Positions 31,201 through 44,018 of a stretch of DNA of 64,000 nucleotides are shown here, piece after piece (within the stretch, counting starts at the first letter, position 1; every line of letters begins with the position of its first letter). This DNA comes from Paramecium tetraurelia (lineage: Eukaryota): contig CT868285.1 in NCBI GenBank assembly GCA_000165425.1, forward strand, positions 186,001-250,000, written 5' to 3'. The position numbers and the translations under genes were made by a program. The notes beneath the pieces are model-generated. The model was given only the letters and a program-made list of their open reading frames with translations, was not told the DNA's origin and made no database searches.

Positions 31201-31946
31201 ACTAATTAAAATTGTCAGGACAAGCCAAGCATCTAGAGGAAGCCATTTAATAATTGCAGGCCTTTTTAGAATCTAAAGACGAAAATATTGAAAACCAATC
31301 TATGAATTAAGAGAACACATGTTGTTATTGTCTTAATCAAATGAAACAACCTTACATTCTCACAAATTGTAATCACAAATTCTGCGCTGAATGTTTGAAT
31401 TATGACTTTTCAAATTCAATCAAAGACATCAGTTCCTTACCTATCAAATGTTCTCTATGTTAGAGTCTTATTTTATTAGAAGACATTTAGAACATCTTAG
31501 GTTTGGCCAAATATGAGAAATTAGTAGAATTGTCAATTAACAAATATGTCAATGACATGAGAGGAGTATTGATATTCTGTTTCAATCCAGCATGCTCAAA
31601 TATTTTAAGAGTGAAAGGAGATGCAGTCTTTTGCGAGAATTGCAAAGTCACATATTGTTTGAAATGTAAAGTGCAGATGCATTACGGAATGACATGTTGG
31701 GAGTATTAAACAGGCGATTAAAAGATAATGGAAGAATTGATGAAGAAGGAAGATATACGTTTTTGTCCTGTTTGCCGGTCTTTAGCATAAAAAATATCAG
31801 GATGCATGTCCGTGGCTTGTTCTAGTTGCAAAAAGTATATCTGTTGGAAGAACCTGCCGAATAGTACTAAACCTTGTATGAAAGTGTTCGATGGTTCAAC
31901 AGAATGTCATCAGCATCTAACTAATGTTCATGGTGGGTATTATTGA
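28227..31946 (+). CDS. RBR (RING1-IBR-RING2) E3 ligase fused to a degenerate DEAH helicase, RRM and KH-like domains
   Basis: Start and stop in the same frame (about 1239 aa). C-terminal CCYC..CNHKFCAEC (RING1), CFNPAC..CENC..YCLKC..H...TC (IBR), CPVC..KISGC..C..C (RING2) ending HLTNVHGGYY. RRM-like segment about 29940-30150. Helicase-like remnants at the N-terminus. Confidence 0.85.
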
Positions 31947-32039
31947 TCAAAATTACAATATTTAAAGTGTCTACCCCTATAAAAATTGTATTTATTAATT
32001 AAAATATAAATAAAGAATAAATATTCATTAAATAATTAA

Positions 32040-33062
32040 ATGTCGAAAGATCCATTTGATATCAAGGTATAAGGAAAATCAACTCAAGATCAAATTGCTT
32101 CTTACTTAGTTAAGGTTGTATTAGGTCTTAGAGACAAAGAAAATACATAAAAGTCTGTTAAGCTTTTAGGGTCTGGTTCAGCCATTCCTCATGCGATTTT
32201 GGTTGCTGAAATTATTAGATCGAGAATTAAAGGTGTTAAGTCAATCACATAATTCGAAAGCATGCCAAAAGACATCAAAGATCAAAATGATAAATAGCAA
32301 GAACATCAAATATACATCCCGGCAATCCGAATTACTTTGACGTAAGTTTAATTATCTATTTTAGAATGACTCCAACTGAAGAAGAATAGGGTATGCCAGG
32401 ATTTCAAGAGTAAAATGAAGTGGGAGATGATAAACATACTGAACTTTTTGATTATGTAATGATGTACATTCGAAATCTTTACTTTTCGAAAAGAAACTTT
32501 ATAGACTAAAGAAGAGATAATAGAGATAATAGAAATAATAGAGATAATAGAGATAATAGAGACAATAGAGATAATAGAGACAATAGAGATAATAGAGACA
32601 ATAGAGATAATAGAGATATTAGAAATAATAGAGATAATAGAGATAATAGAGACAATAGAGATATTAGAGATAATAGAATTAATAGAGACAACAATCAAAG
32701 ACAAGATGATGATGGCAGAAAAAATAAAGAAAGTAAATCCAATTACCAAGACAATAAATAAAAATATCAATAAACAAGAGATCATTAAACTAATCCAGAT
32801 AAATCAGACAATTGGAATAAGGATAGAGATCAATTCTAATAAACATAAAATTAACGCACTTTTCAAACTAGAGGAGGTTACAAGACTCGGGGAAATGATA
32901 GAGATGGCAGAGTATCAAGACCTAGGAATAACTATGAAAACGTAATCAATTTATAACAATATATAGAGAGGTGAACAAGCAAGAGAAACACCATAACCGC
33001 CCCCAGTTATTAAACAAGGTGAAATTCGCAGCAGAGGAGGCTAATAGAGGGCTCAACATTGA
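32040..33062 (+). CDS. Alba-domain RNA/DNA-binding protein with RDN repeats and RG-rich tail
   Basis: VKLLGSGSAIPHAILVAEIIRSRIKGVKSIT..IPAIRITL..PGFQ matches the Alba/Rpp25 pattern; one intron about 32342-32363. Confidence 0.85.
32513..32695 (+). repeat. Coding 9-bp tandem repeat (AGAGATAAT)n encoding (RDN)n
   Basis: Roughly 20 imperfect 9-nt units inside the Alba gene. Confidence 0.9.
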
Positions 33063-33197
33063 TATTATTTACATTATATACAGTATTTGTTTGATAAATT
33101 CTTCTATTATAGTGAGATACTCCTATCAGAGCCATTCAAATTATATAACATATAAATGATAGATGATTTATATACAAATTAAAACATTTAATTAAAA

Positions 33198-33908
33198 ATG
33201 GATTAAGTATCATCACAAAAAGTGAGACTCAATGCAAATACTAATTTAGTGATTAAACAAATAACAGTGTATGACTAATTCTCAAACTTCTTTGCCTCCT
33301 TCATTAAAACCTATTCAACCCCAGATCATATTTGTGCCTATGCTGCAACTGCTAATATAAGAATTATTTAACAGTACGGAGTAAAAGAAGGATTGACCAA
33401 ATTGTAGGAAATGAATCTTGTTAAATCTTATATGGAAGAAATGATGCGCTTTATATTTTCAGCTAGAATGAAATATGCTTAGACACAATGGGGGAAAGAC
33501 ATAAATATGATTAGACAATATTGTTAAGATTGGGTGGCCAACTATGAATTAAGTGATTATTTGAAAACATTGGCTCTTGAAAATGTTTATGTCTTCAGAC
33601 ATGTAGGATTGTTTCACCCTTAGCTTTTTGAGAAGACAAAAAATGAAGAGAGAGAGAGGATCATTAAGGATGAAACTCCTTTTAAAAATGATCCGTATTT
33701 CATCTATTATCCAAAGGAAGACAAATACATTAGCAAAAATGAATTTCAAATCCAAGATAACCACCTATATATATTTGACACTATGGGTCATTTTGTATGT
33801 GGATGGGTGAAAAAGAAAGAAAAAAACAACAAGGATATCACTATTTTAGAAACAATCCCACATCTTGATACCAAAAAAAATAAAAATTTATAAATATTTT
33901 TTGAGTGA
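33198..33908 (+). CDS. Uncharacterised 236-aa protein with a papain-like Cys/His pattern
   Basis: Intronless ciliate-code ORF; VYDQF..HICAYAATAN..FDTMGHFVCG..ITILET. Confidence 0.75.
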
Positions 33909-34678
33909 TCTATAAATTAAAATTTACATCATTCGTTTAATATTTATCATAAAATAGCATATCAGGCATTTTAGATTTCTATTATCTGTTAAAATTTGTA
34001 TTGGGGGTTAATCGACTAAAAATAATTAGTTTATTTAATATGGGGGTAGTGTTAAATGAAAATAAATATTCGAATATTCCTCCTTAGAACCTATTAAACT
34101 TTCAAAAATGCCAATTCCTTATATGAAGGTTTGCTTTAAAGAGTAATCTATGTTTCTATCAAACATAAGAACATAGTTAAACTATGGATAGATCAGTAAT
34201 GACTAAAAAAGATTTTTTTTTCTCTGTTATTTCTTGCAATCAACCTTCTTTAACATTTTTACATTTATTAAGTTGTCATTTTGAAATCATAATTTCATTT
34301 ACAAATGAATAATTTTTTTCTTTAATTTCAGTTTTTTTGTAGATACTATTTAAAAATGAAATAGAGTATTTATATTCCTTAAATAATATATTTTATGTAC
34401 TATTTTATCAGTAGATCAAATGATTGCTAACTTTATTCTCAAAAATGTATAAAAATAGTTGCACTTTAAGAATCAGATTTTAATAATTTTTAAAAGATTA
34501 CAAAATTACCCATTCAAATTACTCTTGTTAGTTTATAGAGTATAAAGATTTAAAATTTTGGAATTTGATTTTGATTTCCTATGATGAGAACATTTGATAA
34601 AATGAAAAGATTATGGTCTTTAATTTTGGCATATTTTCCTTCTATTAATTTTACATAAAGTATTTAATAATAAATAAA

Positions 34679-36364
34679 ATGATTTCGAGAAAAAATTCAA
34701 AATACGAGTCCAGAAGACAAATGTTATATGATCTATCTAAGAAGGCTGAACTTTAGGAAGTAACTTAAACTGTTTTAGATGATATGGAAGATCTTCAATA
34801 TTTATATAAATCATATTCCTAGAAGTATTTTGATAGGAAAACTGTTGAAATCTTAGGAGATGACCCTATTTTAAAAGGATAAAAGTTAATGTTCATGATC
34901 CTAAATAGAGATAATTCAGACTCAAAGGAAAGAATAAGGAAGTCTTTATTAAATTTGCATTGTTCAAATTCTATTTTCCCTGAAATAATTCATTTTATAA
35001 AAGTGGACAATTAGAGTATCTAAATTAAATACTGCAGTGAACTCGAAAGAGAGCTTTTTAAATATGATTAAGAGAAATAAGACAGAACAGAAGCATACAA
35101 TAAGATGGAAGAAAGTTCGGATCAAACCATAATTTTAATACACTTGTTATGTTTAAAACATAGCATCTCAAACTAATAAGATTTTCTATAATATTTCAAT
35201 ACTTCAAAGGACTACTAAAAAATTAAGGATCTCCATGCAAGATGTCAAGAATTAGACTTTGATTATTTGGAGAAAAATACTCAATCTATTGTGCATATAA
35301 TTGCAGAGTTTTACTAATTATTTTCGACATATTGTTAGATGATTAAACCTAGATAAGAAAAATGTACAAAACTGATCTTTAGAGTTTTACTTTAATTACT
35401 GTTGTATTAGAATATTGTCATCCCTGAATTACTTAGATTTATGAAGATAATTAGAAATAGTTCGCTTTAGAATGTTTAGCAATACTGTGGAATTATTATA
35501 CTCAAACCTACAATTACACTATTAACTTAGATGAGTTAAATTCCTTAAATCAGTAATTAGGTTGAATTATTGAAAATAGAATAAATCAATTTTAATTCTA
35601 ATCTACCAAATTATGAACAATTTTACCTGTAGGTTTTAACACATTTCCCATTTATTTTGTAAATCAATGCACATTAAGTTTTAGTGAACTATTTAGAAAA
35701 GCTAACTTAAAATTACAATAAACATATTGAAGTTCTTGAAGAAATTTATTAGAATACTGAATTTTCATAACTGATGGAATAGATCGATAAAATTTGTGGA
35801 GCATAGATTAAATCAATAATCAATTCGGATGAGAATTCAGAAGATGAATTTGAAGAGTAGGGAACTAATGTATTGCAGATAGGAACTATGTTATTTCGAT
35901 TGAGAGAAAAGGTATTTTAGAATAATCACTCAGCAAAACTTAAATAAATTAATGATCTTATAGAGAAATTTAAGAAATTCTTATAACATGAAATAGAACA
36001 TGAAAGATCCTTTCCATAATTACTAAAATACATCAATTGTAATAAGAATGATCTATGGATTGACATTTCTGATAATTATGACTAAGAATTATTGGAAGAT
36101 CCAAGATTTTCAGATTTCTTATAGAAGTGTGACAATAATGAAATTCAAGTAGATTTTGAAAAAGGAGAGAATGAAAATGAAATTCTTGAAAATTAAATAA
36201 AGTTAATTTATCATCAAAGGGAATAAAGTTTGGATTAGTTGAAATAATTAAATGGCAATTTACGTTGTGATTAATTGATGAAGGATTTGTAGAAAAGTGA
36301 ATTGCAACATAAAGAATACCTTGTCAAGCTTTTAGTGTGCATACAATACTAGATTTATTTATGA
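34679..36364 (+). CDS. Hypothetical helical protein (about 561 aa)
   Basis: Long ciliate-code ORF with start and stop in the same frame. Confidence 0.7.
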
Positions 36365-36558
36365 TTTTTATATTTGATATTTTGTCAATTATTATAAATA
36401 TTCCACAATAGAGGCATTATATAAATAGTATCTATTTTCAAAAATTATAAAATGAAGATTAAAACTTATTGAAATAAATTATATAATTAACAAATTGTCG
36501 AAAATCTGTTTATATATTTAAATTTCGTAGAATTTACAATTACACAATAAATTAATAA

Positions 36559-38563
36559 ATGAATATAAATATAAACTAAAAAAATAATCAAGAGCATAAA
36601 TTCATCTTGTAAATCAATGTATTAGTATGGTTCAAATTAAAAAATTGAATAGAAATTTTATTTGAATGAAAAAGGATAACTAAATCAAGTAGAAAAATAG
36701 TTAGTTCCTTATGAGAATCCTAGAATAATATATTAAAATCTTAGGAAATCCTATTATTGGCATAAGATTTGTGATATGAGCAATCTAGAGATTAGAGAGA
36801 TTCTGATTATTCAAGAATTTTATGAAGTATAGAAGTGTATTTAGAATTCATTGAATATAATTAAAAATGAGTTATCATAACAATTCAAGTTTTTTCGAAA
36901 CAAGTCAAAAATCTTAGAAAATTCTAGACAGACTTATGTCTGCCTTATCTAATTAGGATCAAGATCAATCATATTATGATATGAAATAAATATTAGATGA
37001 ATTGAATAATGATCAATTCGAAAAACAAAAGGAATAAACTGAGGAAATTAAGATAGTTTTTACTCCACATAAGTGTTAAAAGATAGCTGAGATTGAAAAA
37101 GAATTAGAAAATTTAATGATTCAAATTACCAACATGTAAGTATGTGATTCTGTCCTGTACTAATCGACCTTATAGAAAATAAAACAGGTCAGAAAGGTGA
37201 TAACTCAAATTGTAGACAAGTATTTTGCTAATTTGAAAAACCAATACAATTTTGTGGCTAATGAATTAGTATAAATTCATTTAGCGCCAATAAAGTAACA
37301 AATTTTCTAGTTGAGAAAAGATATTCCAAATTATGAAGAAGCACAATACAATGAAGTTCTTGAAAGGCATGAATAAATTAAAGAAGATTTGCATTAACTC
37401 CGCTCACTACTACCCAAGGAAATTAATCTATAAATTACAAACCAATCATTATATGATATTAAAGACTCATTGTATAAGCTAATATCACTGAAATTTAAAG
37501 GTATCCACTTTCTTCATTAAAAGATCAATTTAAAATAGTTCCAAGTACCTTTAGTGGTTTTAAATAATAGAAGAAGAATTTATTAACATTGAAAAGCAAG
37601 ACTGGACATTTAAAGTTTTAAGAATAATAAAATAGCATCTACACATTTAGGAATAATACCATATATCATTCTCATATAGATTACATCGATAACATCAAAT
37701 AGTAAGAGTTAGTATTAAATGATGATAACTTTCGACTCACCTATTGCAATTTGATTAATACCAACTAAAGCTTGTATTTTATAGGATAATTTTATTAAGA
37801 CATCAATACTAAATAATTCAAAATAAGTCAAATGGTAACCAAATACAACAAGTAAGAAAATAAAATAGAGATGATGTCAGAATTACCGATAATTAGTTAT
37901 GGTGGATAGGCCATCAAATAAGGCTAATTTATATATTATTGGGGAGGCTATATATTGGTTGACAATGTATCGATTGGAAACAAGAAAGGTTTCAAGTAAG
38001 CAATCATCAATTTTAGATTAGATACTTGATTAATGGGAATAAGTGGGAGCAAATAGAATCGATGAAGTATCCAAGGATCAAAGGGTAGTGCTGCTTATTA
38101 GATGAAAAGATATGCATTACAGGTGGAATGATGAATCAATATTAAGGAAATGCTTTAATTGAAATATTTAGTACAAACTAATAGCGATTTCTTGATCCAA
38201 TTGAATTGGTCAATTCTTTTGTATGTTTTGTTCATTAATTATACAGTCTTATGTTCCTTAGGTTCTTGGATATTCATTTCCGATATCAAATCAGGAAATT
38301 TTTATTATGGGAGGTTATAATCAATTTGGAAATGATGGAAATGCTTAGTTAATTAATTTGTTTTTGAAAACAATTTAGAAGAATAGCAATGTTATTTAAA
38401 GAATATAAAATGTAAATTGCACATAACCGATTGTAAAATGAATTTTAAAATTTAGATTTTCAAGTAATAAATTTACCTTTTAAATTCCGAGGATAGAAAA
38501 ATAGAATTGATTTAAATTAATGCAGATACTTTGTAAGTTAAGAACATAATTCCAATATAATGA
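36559..38563 (+). CDS. Coiled-coil plus Kelch-repeat protein
   Basis: Kelch-like units IYYWGG..NKWEQIESMKYPR..ICITGG..FIMGG; several tiny introns; end approximate. Confidence 0.7.
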
Positions 38564-39622
38564 ATAATATTAAATCATTATTACTAGAAGATTCTTTAAC
38601 TTTTCTTACATCTCCAAAATGCCAATTTGAAAATCATGGACATTTTTTTATCTAAGCTCATTCTAATTACAAAAATCCAAAAGAAAAGTGTATTATATGA
38701 ACATAAATTCTATTGACCAATAATTTTGAAATTTACACAGTTCTTTATTAATGTAATATCATTTTTGTTAATTATTTGATTGATTTTGATTAAAATTGAT
38801 ATATTGCTAGAACTATCAAATAAAAATTGGTATGCCATATATATCGACCTAAATAGCTATCTATTCTATTAAGGGTGATATTTATTTTTCTAGGTTATTT
38901 CTCTCATATTATCATATTGTTCTTTAATTTTAGAAAAAATTCATAGCGAACATTATCAACTCTCTGTTGTTACATTTGCAACCTAAATTAAGGTCTGGCA
39001 AATTCAGTTTTAATCTTTAGTTTGGATTTGATAACTTGTCAAATTAGTTTATATCGATTTAATCATAGTAGAATGACCATGAGAATTATTAATGAATTTT
39101 AAATAGCTATCTAAAATTAAACGTAATCATAAAATAAATCAAGTATATATTGGTATTCCTGTCAATTTTGTGTATTCGACTTTATTTCATATCATTGCAT
39201 AATGATGATTGTTTCAATGATTTCTATTTTATTCATAATTTTAATATCACTTTCATTCTGATCCTTTTAAATAAACAGCATTTAAATTTCGTTATTATAA
39301 ATTCATTTCTAAGCAATTGAGCTAGCAAATTTATAAACTTCTTTTTAATTTGAATAATAATCTTTTATTTAAAACAATCCAAGGATGATTTTGAAGTATG
39401 ACCCAATTTTAATAAAAATATAATACTATCAAAACTTATAAAACAAATCACTTAGACAATAATTTAACTAGTAATATATATAGAGAATACTAAACAAAAA
39501 GGGATTATTTCTATAGAATGTAATTCAAAAGATTTCCTTTAAGGTTGATCAGAGAAACGGTAAATGCTAAATGGATTGAAAAATGTAGCCAAATTATGAA
39601 AATAATGATTAAATGTATTATA

Positions 39623-41777
39623 TCATTTTGCTCTCATAAACTGAGTGGCTTATTACTTTTTCTTTTTAATAGCTTCATTGATTTTGGCATCAGAATCTGG
39701 TTTCTTCTATAGATTAAACAACATAGGAGACATCTTCAAAAATGCTACATTTGTTTAATTAATGGCTTCGAAGTCTTCAAAAACTTTAAGAGAAATTGAA
39801 GTCTTAACCGAATCGTCTAAATTATTAATAGATTATACTTTCTTTTTTATCTCCAAAGGATGGCTCATCACTCTTATTTTTCTTATCAACCCATCTCACA
39901 CTTTTTTAATCTCCACCTCCTTCACCAGTATTCGAATGTACGGCACTTTTATTTCTGTTCTTGAGAGTTTGACTCTTAAAGTTTGTAAACTATTGCTATT
40001 TGCTATTAGCTGATTTGTTTCTCATAGATTGTTTCATTTTTTCATCTAAAAGTAAAATTGAAAATGTTACTGTTTGATTTGATTGATTAAATAGATCTTT
40101 AGGTTTTAACTGTTTTCTAACTATTACGATGATAGAAAGATTTTAAATCATTTGTATGATAAGAGAAATCATTATTAAAATCAGGTTATGATCCATCGAC
40201 TGAGTTATAATGGCTATAATGAGATTTCTTCATTGTTTAATATGAATTCCTTCTTTCAAGTTCGGAATCTATAAACTATAATTCATATATAGAACCTGCT
40301 TATTGTTCATACTCATGAGAAGTATGCATAAGAATCCATTCATTTTTGAGTACATCAGCACAAGTATATCTATCAGCAGGCTTTCTTGCCAACATTTTCT
40401 TTAACAAATGTTTGCATTCACTGCTGATATTATCCCAAACTGATTTCTAAAAACTGATTTCACATTTTCTATTATCTTCCAGAACTGCTTAATAATTCTT
40501 TCCTTTAAAACAGGAAATGCCTGATATTAACTATGATGATATAGGAGATTTTACTGAATAAAAGATGACTCCAACTGAAAACACATCACCCTTATCAATA
40601 TATGGGAATAATTTGAAAATTTCAGGAGGTATATAACCAGGAGTTCCTGCCTTTGATACTAGTTCCTTGTGATTAATAGGTTCTGCAAATCCAAAATCAA
40701 CTAATTTAATGATGTATTGATCTCTTGATTTCATCATAATGTTTTCTAATTTGAGATCTCTATGTACGAATTCATTTCTAAATAGTTATTCTAATATTAT
40801 ACATATGCATTTCGTGTAATGCTTCACATACACCTTTTAACATGACTGCAGCTTCCTTTTCAGGGATTCTTTTCTTTTCCTTAATGAGACTATACAAATC
40901 TCCATCTGAGACTATCTCCATGATTAGTATCAATTTCTCTTTCTCTTAGATGACATCGTACAATCGAATTATGCCAGGGTGAATAACTTTACGCAAAACC
41001 ATGATTTCGTTTTTTATCATAAGCTCAGCTTTAATAAGGAACAAATGGTACCACAAATTTAGATTTATGTTGAGATTGTTCAAATGTTTCCTTGAAGTAT
41101 GTCTTGGCTGCATACATTTAGTCGTTGGATAGATTCTTTACTTTATACACCTATTAATCACATTTATCAAATACTGATGCGAAAGATCCTTTGCCCAAGA
41201 GTTCCATCTAAGTATAGAGTTTGTCCAATCCAGAAACTATGCAATAATCTTTGAGATGATTGAAGAATTCAAGGGTCAATTGAGGTTTTCCATCAAATAT
41301 TGATATTGAGAGTCCTTAATACTTTTCGATTTAAACAATAAGTAACGAATCTTTTTTGCTTTTTTGTTCCAACAGATGAGCCACATAATCCATAGTTATT
41401 TATAAATATCCCTTTGCTACTTTATCAGATTCCTTAATTATATTTAAATGTGAAACCTTTTTGTAGTAACTAAGTGTCCCATCCTTACTTAATTTGAAAA
41501 AATAACCCTTGGTTACCTTTTTCTTTTTCCCCACCCTCAACATTATAGCCTGAAATCTGAGATTGTCTTTGCTAGGATAAACATTCTTGCAATTTTTGCG
41601 ATCCCAAAATCTCGTTTAATTGACCAGTGCCGGTTAGGGGGCAAAAAATGGCCACACAACTTCTGGTTCACCTTAATGCTTCAATGGGCTTTATTATTTC
41701 ACTTATTTCAAGGGCTTATCATTCTTAATTGCAGATCCCTGTGTTTAAGTTTTAGGTTAGGTAGCTTCTCCTTTCAT
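39623..41777 (-). CDS. CAMK-group kinase with N-terminal PH-like domain
   Basis: KKVTKGYFFKLSKDGTLSYYK..AKGYLQI (PH-like); LGKGSFAS, HRDLKLEN, DFGFAE, AGTPGYIPPE; multiple introns. Confidence 0.88.
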
Positions 41778-42109
41778 TTTTTAATTTAATAATAATAATA
41801 TTATAGTGCTAATAAATATATTCCACAATTTCACACTTAAATTAATTCCAATCTCCTTGGGTATTCGTAATGCAAGATCTTAATAAAATTATTGTTGTAT
41901 AAAAATTCAAATTTAACTAAAATTTTTAATTCTTCAAAAATAAAGTAATTAATGCTCATTTAATTTACAAATATAAGCTTTCTATTGCGAATTCGCTTAT
42001 AAGATTACTTTTGTCATTTAAAATCGTATGTTTCTTGCATTTTAATTATTTCAAATATAACAATCTTTAATTTATTCAATTATTTATCAATGTTTATATA
42101 ATTTTTATT

Positions 42110-43678
42110 ATGAAAGGAGACGTTGAATTATCAAAATTGTAGATTCGATTGGGTGATGTCAGAGTACCATCATATTTAAAGTTGATTGAGGAAACTGAAC
42201 AAACTCATACAAATATACTCAAAACTCTTCAAAACATCTAAATTAAGGATATTTAAGTACAATCACAAGTTTGATCTTTTAGGATCTATTTTACATTCTT
42301 AAACCAACCTAACAACTTTACAATTGTGTCTGTGGTTTATTATGCCTTGTGGCTGGAGTTGATAAATCTATCACAACTGACTATTTGTTTTTATAATAGA
42401 GAGATTGGGTAGCTAGTTAGAGTCAATTCTGTAAAAGCTATGAATAAATCAACGCAATTTTGTCTAATCTGTAATAAAATCTGATAAAAAAGAAGATCAA
42501 TATTTCTAACATAAAGGAGGCTCAAAAGTATCATAAGGAAGAAATAAAAGGTCAAGTCTATTCGGTATCTGATAAACTTGAGAAGATTTTGACTTTGTCA
42601 ATTAACTATTATACTTCATTCTATAAGATAATGAAATTCAATCAAAAGTACGAGTAGCAATCCAAGACTCCTCAAGAAAAGAGTTCAGATGAATTAAAAT
42701 CTTATATGTTGTCAAAATTAAACAATAATTTTTAAGATGATGATTCAGAAGGTAAAGTTGAAGAAGACACTGAAATATAAAATGAATTAGTTTAATAAAT
42801 CCCACCCACTCCTAAGGATCAACAACAAACTACATTTAAAATGCTGAGTAGATTTAAAGATTTTAACTCATACAAGAAAGGAATTGCTGAAAATCGAAAG
42901 ACCTCAAAAAGTCCAAATTTGCCAAGCTATTCAACTACTTCCAAAAAATAATATTATTAATCTAAATCACCGATATCAAGTCAAAATAAAAATCACGATA
43001 ACAACTACCCTACAAATGAATATATGAGCTTTTAAGATCATGTAAGTGTGAAAAGTTTTCAAACCTAACCTCAAGAGTAATTTAATAGTCCAAAGAATAA
43101 TTAAAGTAACAAAGTTGTTTAACAAAAATCTTCTTAATCTAAATCTCCTGTAATTGCTGTTAGGTAGAAAGAGCCTTTGAAGAAATATGTTGTGTAATTG
43201 CCAGAGGCTCCAAATTTAAATAAATTAATTGAATAGATATAGAATAATGATCCACATATTGAAAGGTAGTTGAAACAAGAATTAGAAATAATTTAAAAAT
43301 AGATTAATAAATTGGAAGCCAAGAAAAATTAATTAAAATGGCAAGATGAAAGATAGGTTTATATTTGTGATTAAATTGTAGAGTAAGAAAATTAGAGACC
43401 AATATGAGTAGTAATATTTGAGTGAGCAAATAGAATAAAGTAAACAGTTCTTAGAAAATAGACAAAAATTTAAGGAAGAGCAAAAAGTGAAGTAGAAGAA
43501 AGACTTCAAAAAGTAGATATAAATATAGAATGAGGCTCAGGACTTCTAACAGTAGAGAGTTTGGAGTCTGTTTAAGGAATTGGAGAGAAGTATTATGCAG
43601 AAAGAGGCATTACAAAAGGATGCTTCGCGGATGGAGTAATAGGTTTGTATAAAAAATTAAGGAATTTAAAAATATTGA
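42110..43678 (+). CDS. Coiled-coil protein with N-terminal dynein-MTBD-like segment
   Basis: Ciliate-code ORF with introns near 42257 and 43357; see findings for the MTBD resemblance. Confidence 0.7.
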
Positions 43679-43714
43679 AAAATCTAAATAAATATTTTAA
43701 ATAATTAATCATCA

Positions 43715-43959
43715 ATGGCCAAGTCTAAGAATGCAACAAGTCATCATAATGCCCGTAAGCATCACAGAAATGGTATTAAGAAGCTTCCAAATCAAAGATA
43801 TACCTCATTGAATGGAGTAATTAATCCTATAAAATAAAGTGTAATTAAAGATTCGCAAAAAATAGAAGATTTGCTATAAAGAATGACCCATCCATCAAAA
43901 AGAATAAGAGTGTTGAAACAAGATTGGCTAAGAGAAAGGCTAAGAAAAATATCCATTGA
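43715..43959 (+). CDS. RPL29: Ribosomal protein eL29
   Basis: [39 protein letters not shown]; 23-nt intron 43817-43839. Confidence 0.95.
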
Positions 43960-44018
43960 TCATGAAATACAAATAAAATTATCATACATTAAATTGCTAA
44001 ATTCATATGTATAAAGTG

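Noticed and set aside
32513..32695. Tandem repeat as a CRISPR array or telomeric repeat
   Set aside because: No spacers, not a G-rich telomere unit, and it is in-frame coding sequence.
32348..32945. ORF-track hydrophobic ORFs (ISIISIIS, LLSLLS, MMMAEK)
   Set aside because: Antisense or off-frame shadows of the RDN repeat region in the Alba gene.
35250..35520. Weak RhoGAP-like pattern (IVHIIAEFY..LLRFMKII..NVQQYCGIIILKP)
   Set aside because: Too degenerate to support by eye, with no arginine-finger motif; needs HHpred.
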